Shown piece after piece: positions 9,193 through 23,652 of a DNA stretch of 64,000 bases. Source of the DNA: Hydrolagus affinis (lineage: Eukaryota); assembly GCA_012026655.1 (NCBI GenBank), contig JAAILG010001512.1, positions 1-64,000 on the forward strand, given 5' to 3'. Position numbers and translations under genes: made by a program. The stretch's first letter is position 1, and each line of letters begins with the position of its first letter. The notes below the pieces were generated by a model that worked only from the letters and a program-made list of their open reading frames with translations, made no database searches and was not told the DNA's origin.

Positions 9193-12100
9193 GTAAGGGC
9201 CATCCATGCATATCACTACTGGCAGCAACCACTTTACTTTACAGCAGTAAACTGACACAAAGGATAGCTGTGCATTTCTTGGTTTAGCAAGATTAATAAA
9301 ACGTGCAATAACAAAAAACATACAAACACGTAGTCACTGACTGCAGAGCAGCCGTACAGGTAAAGGTACTGTTCACAAAAAATTGATATTGATTTCAAGA
9401 CTATATACATCATAGATATATATACACATCACCGGGAATCCACAATATCAAAATACTCTGTATTCCTCTATATAATAAAACTCCATTCTCTCCCCTGTGC
9501 CCCTTTCCCACCCCAGAAAATAAAAGGACAATTTCAAAGACAAAAAATAATATATTTACAATTAAGCACAAACACCACATCAAACTTTTTTTAAAAATGT
9601 TTTTTTTTTTACTTCTTTAAAATGTGCCTTGAAAGCCAGCACCGTTTTATGTTTAGAAAGAGTTGGATTTGCTTCCACTGCCTCCTGCCTCACAGTGAGT
9701 GGCACTAGGACACACCACATGGGAAGTGGCGAATATTCAACGACCCGAGATCGGGTCCTACCAAAGATTCGTATTCCAAAAAAACTCCCCATTTCCATCT
9801 TTTGATAAAAAATAACCTGGGAACCTGCGCACAAGCACTTCGGAAATTCACTGACAACGTTTCTGAAATGGTTTCTTGGTAAGAGTCCGTGGTCAGATTG
9901 CATGAGGTGTTGTTACAACCTTTATTATTATTATTATTATTATTATTCGACAAAGACTTTCAAAAAAGCCTCGGCGATGCCATGACCTCCTGCCCATCCT
10001 GGTTCAGGTTTAAAAAAAATGAATCTTTGTTTGACACACTGGAGTTAATTTGCGGGATTTCTTAATCGCCTTTGATAAGAAATAATTGTTCTGTGGAAAG
10101 GTGGAACACTTCATTAAGAAATCCCTGTTAAGAACGACCGCAAATGACCTCCTCAATAACCAAGCTCTCGTATTGGCTCACAACAAATAAGGATTTTCCA
10201 AAATCATCCACATGATATTCAGAGTAATTGATGACAAGGATTTTTAGAGCAGAGGAATCTGGTTCTTCACTGCACTGGTTCCTTGAGAATGAGTTTACAG
10301 GACAGTCCTGGGCTAGATCAGCAGCCACTCTCCACTACACTGTGGATGAACAAAAATCTCTTAAAACGCACCAGCAGAGAATGAAATAAGGAGGAAAAGA
10401 ATCATTCATCACTTAAAACCTCTTCAAACAATGATTCAATGGCAGCAACAATTGCTAATGTAGTAATTCTGCCCCTTATCAACAGTAAAATAACAGGGGC
10501 TGGTTTTGGTTTATTCACAGCATTTTCTCAGGATGCTGAATCTGAGTCTCTCTTCGCTCAGACACTCAAACTGGCAGTTTAATGGCTGAGGAATGTTCTT
10601 CTTTGGAACAAATATTCAGCAGCTCCCTGCACTCGTTCCAATCTCAGCCCCAATCCTTAGGAACCCTTGCTCAATGGTTAAAATGTGCATTTCATCCTTG
10701 GGGGACACTTTGAAGTCTCAGTTTGGTGACAACTGAATTCCGTTGGGAAGAGGCGGATTGTGTTAAACCCTCCCGGAAAAGGAAGAGCTGTGCGCAAGAA
10801 CTGGCTCTTTTAACAGAGTCTGTCTAACAGGCCTCAACTACACTCGTTACCACCAGCCTCTCCACCCTCTCTGTGCTCTCCAGGGGAAAACTCAATCATC
10901 GTCAACAGTCAATATATTTTTGGAAAAAAAGGATTGTTTTAAGGATGCGCTAAACTACATATATAATATATATATATACACACACACATTTTATATATTA
11001 TATTTCTCAGTTTCAATGATTACTTTATTAAAAATAGAATAGATTTTTTTTAATGGTGGGAAAAGTCCTGTTTGTGATGTGTAGGAGATGCTCTTGGTGA
11101 AAGGCTCATCAAATACATCTCTCTCCAGCTTGTGCTGTCGCGTGCCATTACATTCCCTGTCATCTGTATCACTTCCTATCCTTGCTTTTTAAAATAACCA
11201 GATTTGTTAAAAATTGCTGAAGTTAAAATAAGCTTGTATCTCTGCCCTGGCAAGTCTAAAACAAAGGTGATTTAACCCTTCATTCTTCCACTACTACACC
11301 CACTGTACGAGTACTCGCTCACTGTTCCTTTTACACAGACTTCAGATGCCATGAATTTGATATACCGCCCTTTCACGCCTCAAAGCTCATCACAGTATCG
11401 TTGTTAAAAGCATGGCGACTGTGTAACGTGTAGGTGAATGCAGCAGCCAATTTGCACACAGCAATGTCCCACAAACAAATGAACATGAAGTGAATGAATC
11501 GTTCAATTTTAGCTAAGAGATTGTTGGCCGGGGAGAAATCCCTTTCCCTTTTTGAAAAGTGTTTTGTGTGTTAAAAGTGTTAATAGTGATCTTTATTGTC
11601 CACCTGGACAGGCAGACCGGATCTCGGTTTAACGTCTCATCCGAAAGACATTGCAGGAACTCCCCCACACTTGCACTGGAGCTTCAGCCTGGACTGTAGA
11701 TTTACCCCGAGCGCTTGCCAGAGAGTTGAAATTTCAAAAATATATTTGTAAAATGTATTCAGAAAATATTGCTATTTTTTATTCAAATTTTCATACTGTT
11801 TCAAAAACATCCCTGGTTGTGCGGGAGCTGGCCAGAGAGGAGAAGGAGGAGAGTGAACAGACTTCTCCGCCAACAAGGTATTTAACTAGAATTCTACCAA
11901 TAGTCTCTAAACACGCCAGGAAGGGGTGTGTGCATTCACAGCTGGCGTGTCTGTGAGCACACAGGGCAGTGACAGGTCAATACACACACACACACACTCA
12001 GCTCTGGCAACACTGACTTCAAGTCCCGTGGACGAACGTCCTATTACCTACTGCAGAGCTCTCAATTCAGCAAATCTCAGATTCCTTCTTCAGGAATCCT

Positions 12101-12396
12101 TTTAACACTACAAAGTACACCCAGGGACTTGTGTAAAGCACCCAAAGACTTTGCTTTAAACATGGGAGATAGACAGATAGATAGAGAGAAAAAAAAAGGT
12201 AAACGATCTTACAGACTTTATCATATTTTTTTTAAATGCGCATTATTTATACCAACTATTCCACAATCTGAAGAGAATCTTCAGTGCAATAATACAGGAT
12301 GACTGGAGGTGGGAGAGGAGGGCAGAGCTGTACGATGTTGTGCTGGCCTTTGTGCTACTCAATATATAATTTCCAATTTTAAAGTACAAAGGCCCT

Positions 12397-12735
12397 TCAA
12401 CAGCAAGTTGCATTTACACAGCGCCCCTCCCTCAGGGTAGCGGCCCAGAGCATTTGACAGCACGAGGCCGAGCCGGGGGGAGGGGAGAGATAACAGTCAA
12501 AGAGGAAGGTGCTGTGTTGCGATCTGAAGATGGGGAGCAAAGGGCCGAGGCGGAGGCATAAAGAGCAAGAGTGTGTCCGAGTTCCGGGGCATAATGGCCA
12601 AAAGAATGCGGCCACTGATGGCCGAACAGAGGGCACGAGGGATATGCAGGAGGCCAGAGCCAGTTGAGAGGAGGGCAGCGGGTGGTGGGTTGGGGAGTAA
12701 GCAGTTTGGAGAGATAGGGAAATGCCAGGGCTTGA
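12397..12735 (-). mobile_element. L2-clade LINE 3' end
   Basis: STGSGLLHIPR..SAISGR peptide; tail gggcgctgtgtaaatgcaacttg. Confidence 0.75.
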
Positions 12736-12856
12736 AAACAAATGTTTTCAACTCCAGCTAAAGAGAAGGGAGGAGTCAAGGAAATCAGGACATAAAGCTG
12801 GCAGCTGCCTACCCGACCTGCCCCCCTAAAACTCTTTGAACCCGTACGCAACCTAG

Positions 12857-13520
12857 GTGTCAGGTTCGATCTCCAATTATCCTCTCACACATTGGTCCCT
12901 CACCAGCACTGCCTTCTTCCATCTCCGACTCATTGCCCATCTCCGCCAATATCTCACCCCAAAAGCTGCCAAAACCCTGGCTCATGCCTTTGTCACTTCT
13001 TGGCTGGATGTCCTCCAATGCCCTCCTCGCCAGTCTCCCCTCCGCTACCATTCACAAAATCCAGCTCATACAAAACTCCGCCACCCGCATTCTCACCCGA
13101 ACCAAACTTCATTCCCCGTTTACCCCAGTCCTCAATGGTTCCGTCACAGAGCAAATCCACTTCAAGATCCTCTCTTACTCTTATGTTTAAATCCCTCCAC
13201 TCCTCGGCACGCATCACATCTCTGTACCCGCTGCCTCCGCTCTACTGGGTCTGGCCTCCTCCGTGTCCCCTGAATCATCTGCTCCACCATCAGCGGCTGT
13301 GCTTTCCGCCACTACTCCCCAAAGCTCTGGAACGCCCTCCCTCTATTCCTTCACCTCACCCCCTCCTTTTCCATTTTCAGGTCACGCTAGAAAACTTTTC
13401 TGTTCGACCTCGCCTATGGTCACCTTCCCCCTCCCTCTGGCTCAGCCTCCGCTATTGTGAAGTGCTCTGAGATGCCGCTGGCGTGGAGGGCGCTATATCA
13501 ATCCAAGTGTTGTTGTTCTT
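12857..13520 (+). mobile_element. L2-clade LINE 3' fragment
   Basis: AFFHLRLIAHLRQYLTPKAAKTLAHAFVTS, IQLIQNSATRILT; (gtt)n tail. Confidence 0.88.
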
Positions 13521-14994
13521 GTAGCTGGAAGGGGTGATACAATGGCACTGTGGAGTGCTCAGTGAGTGGGAAGCAAGGGAGAGGTGGCAGATGTAAATAA
13601 CTGTGAATGGAGTAGTACCAGGAAAGACTGGCAGTGAGAGGATGAAGGAGCAGCAAAGGTAAAGTTACTTATCAATTAATAGTTGAAATCTGCCAAGGAA
13701 ACCAGTTATTAGTGAATTGGCCTCAGGCCGAGCTGCTCAAGATAGCACAGGTCTGCCTCTCCCAACTGATACTTTCACTGTCTCTTTCCTTAACAAACAA
13801 GAGCTTTCCCCCAAACCTGTTCACATGGCTCACACACAGCACCCACATGCAACCAACACACCAGCAGTGTGAACGGCAACACATACTCAACCTTATAGGG
13901 GCTTGAGTTAGGACCTGCTGACTTTACCCACAAGGGCTTAGAATATTACTTTGCATTTGAGATGTTCACATATAAACAAGCAAAACACAGCCCCCGCCCC
14001 CACCCTCCCCATCTCTCACAGAAAGTTCATGAAGCCCCCATTACTAAAAGCAAGCCAAGCCATTTGCTGCGGAGGGCGGCAGGAGAGGGAGGAATAGGCT
14101 ATGGGCACCCTCACTTGCTTCCCAAAGTGCCTTTTGTGAGGATTTACTGCACTGAGCACTCTGTACCGTACAGAACTTCACCTCATTGCTCTTACCAATT
14201 CCCACCCAAACTCCGCCCCCTGCCCACTCACAATAGAGAAAGTTATACAGGAATGTCCTGGCTTGTGCTTCACAACATATAGTTCAACCTACGGACATGT
14301 TCTCTTTCTGCGCTACAGGTGTTGGCAGCTGAGAGTGACAAACCTTCTTCCCTCGTCTCTGCAGCTTGTGCTACCAAATGTTATGCTTGAAACAACAACG
14401 ATGAAATGATAGCTGTAAATCAGTGATAATGCAAAGGGGAACATAAAACTAAATGGCATAAAAGGGCTGAATGCAGCTTCTGTATAAAAGACTCCTAATA
14501 TCAAAAAGAGCTTGTAATTATCTACCACCAAAAAAAGGCAGATTTTCAGTGACCTTTCTAATGCAAACATCTCCAAGAACCTTTTTGTCAAGTTGTATTT
14601 AACTGAGTCTGAAAATTTACCATGATCACCCCAATTCTAATATCAATCTTGTGATGTTTCAACAGGTCTCAGTCAATAGACTAACGGCATTCACTTGACT
14701 AAAAAATCTGCTTGTCCTTAATCATCTGCTCCTTTCCAACATCCCCCAGTTCTGACAAAAGATCATCAAACTAAAACGTTTAACTCACTCTCTCCATAGA
14801 TGCTGGAAACATCTAGCATGTTGGAAACATCTGTTTCACTAAATTCTGTTTCTAAAAAGAAAAGAGCATGGATGTGATCTGCATTTACTTACTGACGATG
14901 GAGCCAAAATTGACTGTCTAGCACGCGGAACTGCACACGAAGGCATTTGAGATCAGATGAGGACAAGAATCCAAACTATCTGTTAAATAATTCA

Positions 14995-15120
14995 TTTATT
15001 CTATATCTCTGGTTAAAGTACAAGATACAAGTCCATATATAGCACACTGCCACTTATCTGCCGTGAATTATGGAATAAAAAGCCTTTACTGAACCGAATC
15101 TGTTCCATGCACATTTTATT
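14995..15120 (-). terminator. Candidate proximal foxj3 poly(A) signals (AATAAA at 15120-15115 and 15000-14995)
   Basis: Two tttatt on +, TGTA elements upstream of the 15000 signal, at the end of a nearly repeat-free 2.7 kb after the stop codon. Confidence 0.45.
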
Positions 15121-17789
15121 TACTGGATGCTGCACAGTCAGGGACGTGCTGTTGTGGAGTGAACAGAACACCTCCCAATACAGTCAATGTGTTAACACCA
15201 GTGAGTGGGTTAAACGGACAGAAGCACCATATCAAGTGCCTTGAGTTTGGACGGTAACTTTTTTTCCTTTGTGAAATCAATGCCTTCTCTGCTACCAGAA
15301 CCGGCATAAAAAGACAGGTGAAAAATAAGCAGGATGGTGGAGAGAGAGAGACAAGAAGTAGAGGTGGGGGCAAAGACATGCTTTGAACAATTAAAGCAGC
15401 GAGATAAGAAACCATAGATGTTAACGAGTTTTTGAATGAAAGAGATGATTTATTTTCAAATGGAAAAGGGTGGATTTTGGCAGGCACAGCAGATGGAAGT
15501 CTCAGGAATTCAGTTTAGCGACTCCAGTTTGCTCGGGATTAGGCAGCTAAATAATGCATATTTTTCATTTAACAGATGCAGGGAAGATTCAATAAAACCC
15601 AGTGGCTCTAATTTTCTCGGTCTATACATTTTCTATTTTTAAGAGAGACACAGTTGAAGCAAGCTCTCCAGCCCTTTTGATCTTATCCTTCCAAAATCCC
15701 CACCAGCCCATCCCTCTCAGCTCAGTTATTTTAAATCTAAACAGGCCACTCAATGGTGAGAATTGATTTCTTCTAGCAAAGGCTTCCCAGTACAAAATCC
15801 CATCTCACCCCAGCTTTCAATACCGTTCTCAGTAAGCCAGCCTAGCAGCCCAAATTCATTCACTGCTCCATTTTGCATACTAGCATATGTCTTGACGCGG
15901 TAACACTTGAGTTAGTGTAGAGTGTTCAGAAAGTCACCAAGCCAGGGTCAGAACCTGCATTGCTACCTGATCTGATACCTGGAACTACAGCATATCTCAA
16001 CCTTCGGACATGATGGATCAGCAGATATTGAGTGATTGAAAGTGTTCAGTGCCTGATTTCTGCCACAAGTGAGTTACACAAAGGTTCCCATGGCTGCTTG
16101 TGGCAGAGCCTAGAATTGGTGGTAACACAGCGGATCGATCTGGCAGCCCACCAGGCCACAATACTGTATTACTGGACAAGGATTGATGTCCTAGAACCAG
16201 AACACCAGCTCCAAAATAAAATATAAAACACACCGCTCAACCCAACCCATAGTCGAGTGAGGAGGAGGAGGAGGAGGAGGAGGAAGAGAGCTTAGAAGCA
16301 GCCGAAGCCATGCACCAACGTAAACAGTGCTGTTGCCTGTCCTAGTACGGTGGTCAGAGGCTCATATGTCAGTCGCAGGTTAGGTTTTGAACACAATTCA
16401 AAACTTAAAGCTCCAAATGCTGGGGCAGACAGATTTGTGCATTGACAGACAGTGCAGCAATTTTGAGAGCGGTATTAAAGCGGAGAGCAGATGCTACAGA
16501 TTAGGAAGGTGAGGGGGAGGGGGGGAGCAAGAACAGGAAACTGGGTGGGGGGGGGTCTATAATCAGTTAACTACTGCTTCTCCCTGCAAATGTTTTAAAA
16601 ATTCAGAAAAATGGGAGGGTTGGTGGAACGGGGAGCTGCAACAGAAGTGTGAGAAGCAGATGGAGTTAGGTTAATCCACACTACTGCACTCCACCCCGGG
16701 CTGCAGAGAAGTGATTACCAGCCCCAGCTGTGAACAGAGCACTCGCAGAACCAAGGTGATGCTCAGCATTTCAGAAGAGCTCGCGCACGCTCTCTGTAAC
16801 CCTTTTCTCTTGCCTTTGGGTGACCACAAATGCCTTAGAATTTGCCAAGGAGATTACTTTTGGACTCTAGTCACTAACGCTCAATGTGAGAGACCAATAC
16901 CTTTCTCAGTCAATGGGAGACGACCGATATCAACACAATGCACAGTTGCGGGGGCTACAGTCTGAGCCCTGATTATAGCTGCTTTCTTGAGTTGTCGTTT
17001 TTCTGAGCAGCCAACAGGATTTCAGGGAGAGAATCCCAACCTTTTGGATTTGGAAGCTGGTGTGTGGGCACAAAGGTTGATTCTCGCTTTTGCAGTGTTC
17101 GAATCTTGCCTCCCGGGTATCGATTGCAACACAGCGACTGGTACAGCAACTGGATTTTTCAGCACAAAATCGAGTTTTGTTTTTCCCCACAGCACCATTG
17201 AAATAGAATCAAAACTATCGAAAGAGACTTGTTTACCCAAAAGTGGTCTCCCAGCGGCGTGCCTGGCGTACTCCAACGGAGGGACGACCTCTATTCGTTA
17301 TCCCTTCATTACCCCTATTCATGCTCCGTTCGTTCCTCCACACACTGGCACGGGGGGCCACAGAGATGCCACTCACTGGGAGTGAGATCAGACTGAATAG
17401 TACCTTCTTTTCGTCAAACCCATTATACCAGAACCTCACCAACCAGATGGGACATCACTAGAGATGACAATCCTCACAAGTCCCTTCAGTTTTTTTTTAA
17501 AAAAACACAAAAACAAAAAAAAGTTCAGAATTAGAAAAAAATGCTTCGTTGCTCGTTACCGCTACAGCTGACTCCACATTTCTGTAGTGACTGTGAACAG
17601 AAGGCATGCTTTCCTTCCTTCCAAAAGTGCAGCTCTCTAGTGCAGTCACCTGTGTCCAGGCAGGCAGTCAGTCCAGCAATTGTGGCCAGCATCGGCCGAC
17701 ACAAGTAAGCAAGAAGCTAAAAGAATGTCTGAGTCATGTCACAGGAAGGGCTTCCAAAAGGCTTGTCCTTCAGGAGGAGGGAAGAAAGT

Positions 17790-17920
17790 TTAAACGATGG
17801 AATCCCAGTCGAAATCGTCCTGGATGTCATCTGCGGGGTTGTGGTGCTGGGGCATCGGTCTGTGCATTGGAAAGCTGGAAGGTGACATCAAATGTTGCTG
17901 GTTCATTCCCGCTTGGTGCC
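17790..17920 (-). CDS. foxj3: foxj3 terminal coding exon ([12 protein letters not shown]...[13 protein letters not shown]-stop)
   Basis: Acceptor ttttttgctgaatcag|; FoxJ2/J3 C-terminal DDFDWDSI motif; TAA at 17792-17790; spliced CDS totals 1758 nt (585 aa). Confidence 0.97.
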
Positions 17921-20429
17921 CTGATTCAGCAAAAAATATATAGAAAGTCTTAATTAAGTTCTTGAATTAAAAAATCATTCGAAGAAAAATAAGAAAATAT
18001 AAACTTATAAACTCGTTCCACAACAGTACATGGCTCATGGAGGCTAAATATGCTTCAGTTATTTGCAAGTAATCATTACTTAATACAGTCACTACACTTT
18101 GCAGTATTTTCAGTGAAGTGCTTTGAATCATCTTGAAAATGTGATCAGGCCCTATAACAAATGTAAAGATTATTATTAAGCTGTAAACCTAAAGTAACAT
18201 CACAAATTCATTATACCTGGAATTCAAAGCAATTACACTGGAAATTAACTTCTGAACATTATCTCATCACCCCCTACCCCATGTCCCAGCCTCGTCCTCT
18301 GAGGTGGGGGCACGTTGGGGGAGGCAGAAAGACCCCTAACCCCCTGCCAACACTCCTGATCCTAACTCCCTGCTCAGGTGTAAATCTTTGATGTAAATCT
18401 TTGACTGAACATCATTTTGGGTCGTGCCACCTACATGAAAGGTGCTACACAAATGTAATTATTTATCGATCATGCGTCACCAAGCTCAAACTCTCTTTTG
18501 TGATGTTATGTGAAGATACTAATTATATAAGGGACAGCTGTTGTTCAATTGTACGGAACACTGACTGACATTCTTCTCTCTAACCCAGGTTAGCACTGAG
18601 AACTTTGCTCGCCTGCCCACCCAGCTCAGATCAGACCTTAGTGCTACCTTAGTGCATTTACTGATTAGCTCCTCAGGAAAGCCAACACAATTTCCCTTTA
18701 AACCATAACTGAACTCAAGCATGACTCACTGTTCATTGTAAGCCAAAGGAAAATATCACTCTATGCTAGAGACTTGTGCGGGCTGGGAGCAGAACGATAC
18801 TCTAGCATGTAAACTATTCAAACTATTTGTTTGCTGATCACATTAGTGCAGGGAGGAGTCATCTGAAACAATTTTCTGGTCAAAGCTCTGAGTTTTTAAG
18901 ACTTATCATAAATCACCCACTGCCAAACAAGCATGATGCTGGTCAGATGCTCTAACTAAAGTTTGGAAGTAATTGATGCCTGGCTATCTGTACCAGCATC
19001 ACAGAGATTGGACTTGAGAACTGTTAATGCAGAGGTCAATTTCAATCCTCCTGAAGCTGCCAATGCTCACCAATTTTGTGGTAGTCTTTATAAGGTTGAT
19101 CTTCAAATATTTTTTGTCACCCAACCTATTTTCATAATCCTCTCTGCTCCTCCGAATCCAGTCCAGGGCTCATATCTCAATCTCTCCATACTATCATTGG
19201 TGGCCGAGCCTTCAACCACTATGTCCACTTCTCCACAAATCACATTACCTGTCTCTAGCCCTGCCTTCAAATCATCCACTCTGCCTACTGGTCAATAGTC
19301 TCAAATTATCCTTGTGAAGTTCTTACAGAATATTCACCCTATATGAAAAACACAATATAAATGCAAATTGCAGCATCACAGCAAAGCACATTAGGTGCAA
19401 GGGAACTGGTGATCTTTCTCAGAATGCCAACCGATGTTTTTGATTCCATCATGCTGAAGCTGCCACGGTCACAGTGGAAGGGATAAATCATTCCCTGGGC
19501 CAGATGTGGCCCGCGGGCCACCAGTTAAACCACCCTGATCTAACACTGCAATGTGATGCTGGAGGATTGCTGCATTGCCAATGCTGCCATACTTCAGATG
19601 AAACTTTACACCAAGGTCCCATCTGGGCCTGCTCAGGTGTGGATTGAAGAACCCAAGGCCTATGCAGGAGAACACAGCAGGCAATTTGCAGTAGAATCGT
19701 CCTGATAAGTTTACCTTCAGCCTCTGACTCGAGGCAGCACGACTGAATATGTGGGTGATTCACTAGACAGGATGGAGCAAGTAGATCCTGCTGTGTTTAA
19801 TCTGGCTGCCGTGCTCAGTTTCTACACTTTACAGTAAATCCCATGAAGTACTTTGAGATATTCAACAACGTATTATATCAAATGCAAGAATTATTATGAT
19901 CATCACAACCCATTCAGTTCAGACAGTTACTTACAAGGAATATTATACTTCAAAATAATGAAAGCTGAGTTAATGATTAGTTCAAGCTGAATTAAATTCA
20001 CCGAACAATAACGAAGCATGGCTGACAAAGCCGTTAATTAAATGGAGAGCAAGCTCCAAGGTGATTGACCTTTGCAGGTATCTCACAGGAGACAGCTTTT
20101 CTTTTTAGAAATCTCTCCCTTTTTAAAAAAAGGGCATTCACAACTCAGACCACAAGCAATATTAGACTACATATTCCTTGTCCTTACCTGAACGAAGCAT
20201 CAATTGAGAAGCAAGTCAACTGTAAATTTATTAACGTTTCAAACCTTTTTGCAGTTTCAGGCAGTGTCATGCAAACCAAAGCACCCAGGGACCCAGACAT
20301 GCATAGAACGTGCATATCAAGTATAAGGATTAAAATCGTGCAGGTCAAAAGGGAAGAGCAGGAAGGGGGGAAACAGAGAATAAAGTGTCAGCCCCAGGGA
20401 GGGAGAAGTGGGAAATACAGGCCAGTTAC

Positions 20430-20534
20430 CTGTCATGGCTGGTCCTGGGTTACTGAGAGGTGGGAGATGGGGATACCCGGGGGGGCCCATCATTGAAGCA
20501 GGAAGATTTTGTCTGGAGTCAATGTACAAGCTTC
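20430..20534 (-). CDS. foxj3: foxj3 coding exon 10 ([36 protein letters not shown])
   Basis: ctctctcacatacag| and G|gtaact; 105 nt, phase 1-1. Confidence 0.95.
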
Positions 20535-23463
20535 CTGTATGTGAGAGAGTGGCGCAGGAATGAGTAATCACCACCTCAGCGCAAACAAACACACTTAACG
20601 GTGCAAAGAGCTGGACCCAGTGTTGATTGAACCGCTTGCCTTGTGTGCCCAGCAATTATGGACAACTAGTTGAACTGTACACAATTGAAGTAAACTGGTT
20701 TTATATTCATTACTTGTTGCGAGGAACATTGCATTTTTCACTTCTTTCTTTTCAACCACAAGCCATTTGATCCGTCATTGGAAAGTGCTATTCTAGAACG
20801 TCAATGTTAAATACAATTTACCTCCAGTAAAATGAGAAAGGTAGAAAATGAAAATGTAATATTCCTCTTATGTGCCCAGCACATGAACTCTCCAAACCTT
20901 TCACTCATCCTCTACATGTTATTTGTGATACAAAATAAAGTCCACTCTGATGATGAAAAATTTACTTGATTGACATCCCTGATAAACGAGTACTCCCTTC
21001 AACTCTGGGACGAGGGGTTAAAATGCTGTAAGTGTTCTCGCTTTCACACTTGTGTGTGCCTACATGATTGTAATGAATGTCGCAGTGGCACAGTATCAAT
21101 TAAAAACTCATCGAGTATAAGTTCACAGCACTAACCCGTTAAGACTAATCATCACCACTATTATTATTACTACATATTACATTCATTTGTTTGTATGTGT
21201 AGGGGGGAGAGAGTGGGGTTGAACATTGCCTGTCGATGGCAGAGTAGACAGCATCAACCTGTATCTAACTTCTGCTGCACTTGGTTTAGAAATAAAGAGT
21301 AGGGAACTGTTCTACTCCAACACTGACATCTTTTATTTGGATGCGCAGAAAAAAAGACTATATAAATGCAAAAAAAATTATATTAGAACAGAAACAAATG
21401 GATAAACTTCTGACAAACATTTTTTAATGTCAGACTGTTTGTTTCCCTCTAGTGTTGATCACATTTGAGGGAAATCTTGGCACTGTATTGGCATCCCGAC
21501 CACTACATGGTATAATGGGCTTTACACATTGCACTGAAACATTCAAAAGAGGTTTTGCTCAGCATGTCCAGCACCTCAGAGAGCAATATAAACAAGTATG
21601 TTTCACTGCTTAAATGTGTGAATTAATAAACATTTAAAGTGAGATCATGGCAATTTTAATAGGGTTTCTTGGTGATTGTAAAACGATTAATCCCAGTGTT
21701 ACGCTGAGGTGAGCTCTGCTGCAGCCTTGGTGTGTCATAACAGTCGGCAACAAGAGGAGCCCGAGCGCTTGCTCACAGGAAACCCAATCACAGGTACAAT
21801 CAGAAGCCCTCTAGCATGTGGTCCAAAGCTAAGGTGCCTCTTTTGTGCAGGGATGAAGCAGGGAGATGGAGGGAAAGATCAAATGAAAATAACCTAAAGG
21901 GCAAATTTGGTTACTGATTAAATAGACTCAGTTCTATTCAAAAAGACAGATGAGTTGTGGTTTGATCTGTAGAACACATTCTATTACAATATTCACAGTA
22001 ACAGTACTGCCTCCCACCGGAACCCCCCCACCCCCCACCACACCCTCTGCAATAGACACCGTTCGGCTGGTTTTAATCTGGAATGCTGACAGGTCACTCT
22101 GTGTTTTTACAACAGGTCAGCAGGCAGATTCTCACTGCTTCCACTGCCTAGTGATTCAACAGCCTTAACGTTGAGCTTTGTAATCCTGTTCAGTGGAGAG
22201 CAGAGAGTAAGTAAGAGCGAGTGCCAACAGGAGGTTTGCAGACAGGAGTAGCAGGACAAGGACTATACTAGCTGGGTTGTGGCTAGAGAAACCAATTAGT
22301 AAATAGAAAGCAGAGGAGTTGTCAAATGCAATTAAGTCTCAGTGGTGTGTAGCAGGGAAGCTGTTAAACAGAGATCTGTGTAATGTAACGAAAAGAAAGG
22401 AGGTCCTAATGTGGAGCAGATGATCTGTGAAAAGTCAAATAAAATTTGCTATGTGTAGTAAGTGAAGCTCGTGAAACAACTGTGGGGAATCTGAGAAAGC
22501 AAGAATTAGAACACAGTGTTAGTAAACAGAACACAGGGAAAGGCTGTAAAAGGAAAAGAAGCGGTTAGTTTCAAAAGAGATGCAGAATTAGAAGCTGCTA
22601 AATGCGGAGGAAAAATGCTGCAAAAGGTGAATTGTAGGTTAGGAAAAAGAGGCAGTGTTAGGAAACCGCCAGGCTGACTGAGCCAAGTCACAAAGCTCCA
22701 GGTCAAGAACTGATCCATTTACCTTCTGAGGCCCCAATTATCTAGAATCAGACATCTCATTTGATACAGTGCCTTATCAAATGTACTGTATCAAATGCAA
22801 GAATTATTATCATCATCGAATTTAAGATCTTAAATTGAAAGCCAATTTATTAGGAGTTTCAGCTTCTTAACGTGACACAGATTTGTCTGATGTTGCTCAC
22901 TTTCAAATTATAAACAGGAATCCACAATGACAAGCACACAGCTTGTTAGTTAGGGCTCATTCATCACAAACTACATTTTTCTTCTTGCATTTCTGGAGAG
23001 AGAGAGAGATACACACAGAATTTGCTCCAAATTGTTCCAATGTGTTCAGATCGCTGGCACACTCCATCCAAACCTTGGGCTAAACGCAAGAACCAGCCCA
23101 ATCTGCCTGCAGATTCTGGCAAGTTGAATCTGCAGTTCAACAAACCATTTAAAAAATAAATAAATAAATCTAGTTCGCAATGAATGAAAATTCATTGAAG
23201 GTGAAAAACCGAGACTCCCTTTTTGCTTGTTAATGATGGCTGTTTGATTCCCTGCCCTTGCGAAATAAGATAAAAATGATAATAAAAGAAGTTGCTTGTG
23301 TAGTGCTTTTGAGGGGGAGGGGGGAATATCCAACCAGTTAACTGAATTACCATGGCCTAAACCGAAAAAAAATAACATGCTTCAAATAAAGCATCACCCA
23401 TTTCAAAACATCTTATTGATACGTGAAAATCTGCAACTAGCTCTACATTTTTGGAGTCTATAC

Positions 23464-23652
23464 CTGTACTGATGTGCTGGTTTGGTTTCTGCGTGTGCAT
23501 TGTGCTGTGACAAACGGGATGCATATTCCCTTGTGACTGGATCAGACCAGTTTGTGTGAAGAACTGGTTTAGGGAAGAGCACAAGTCCGCAAACTGAACA
23601 GGATCGAGTGACCAGTTATTGAGATCCGCCTGCCTCATACTCTCCATCAGAC
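23464..23652 (-). CDS. foxj3: foxj3 coding exon 9 ([36 protein letters not shown]...HISTG)
   Basis: ttttatccacag| and G|gtatag; 189 nt, phase 1-1. Confidence 0.96.
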
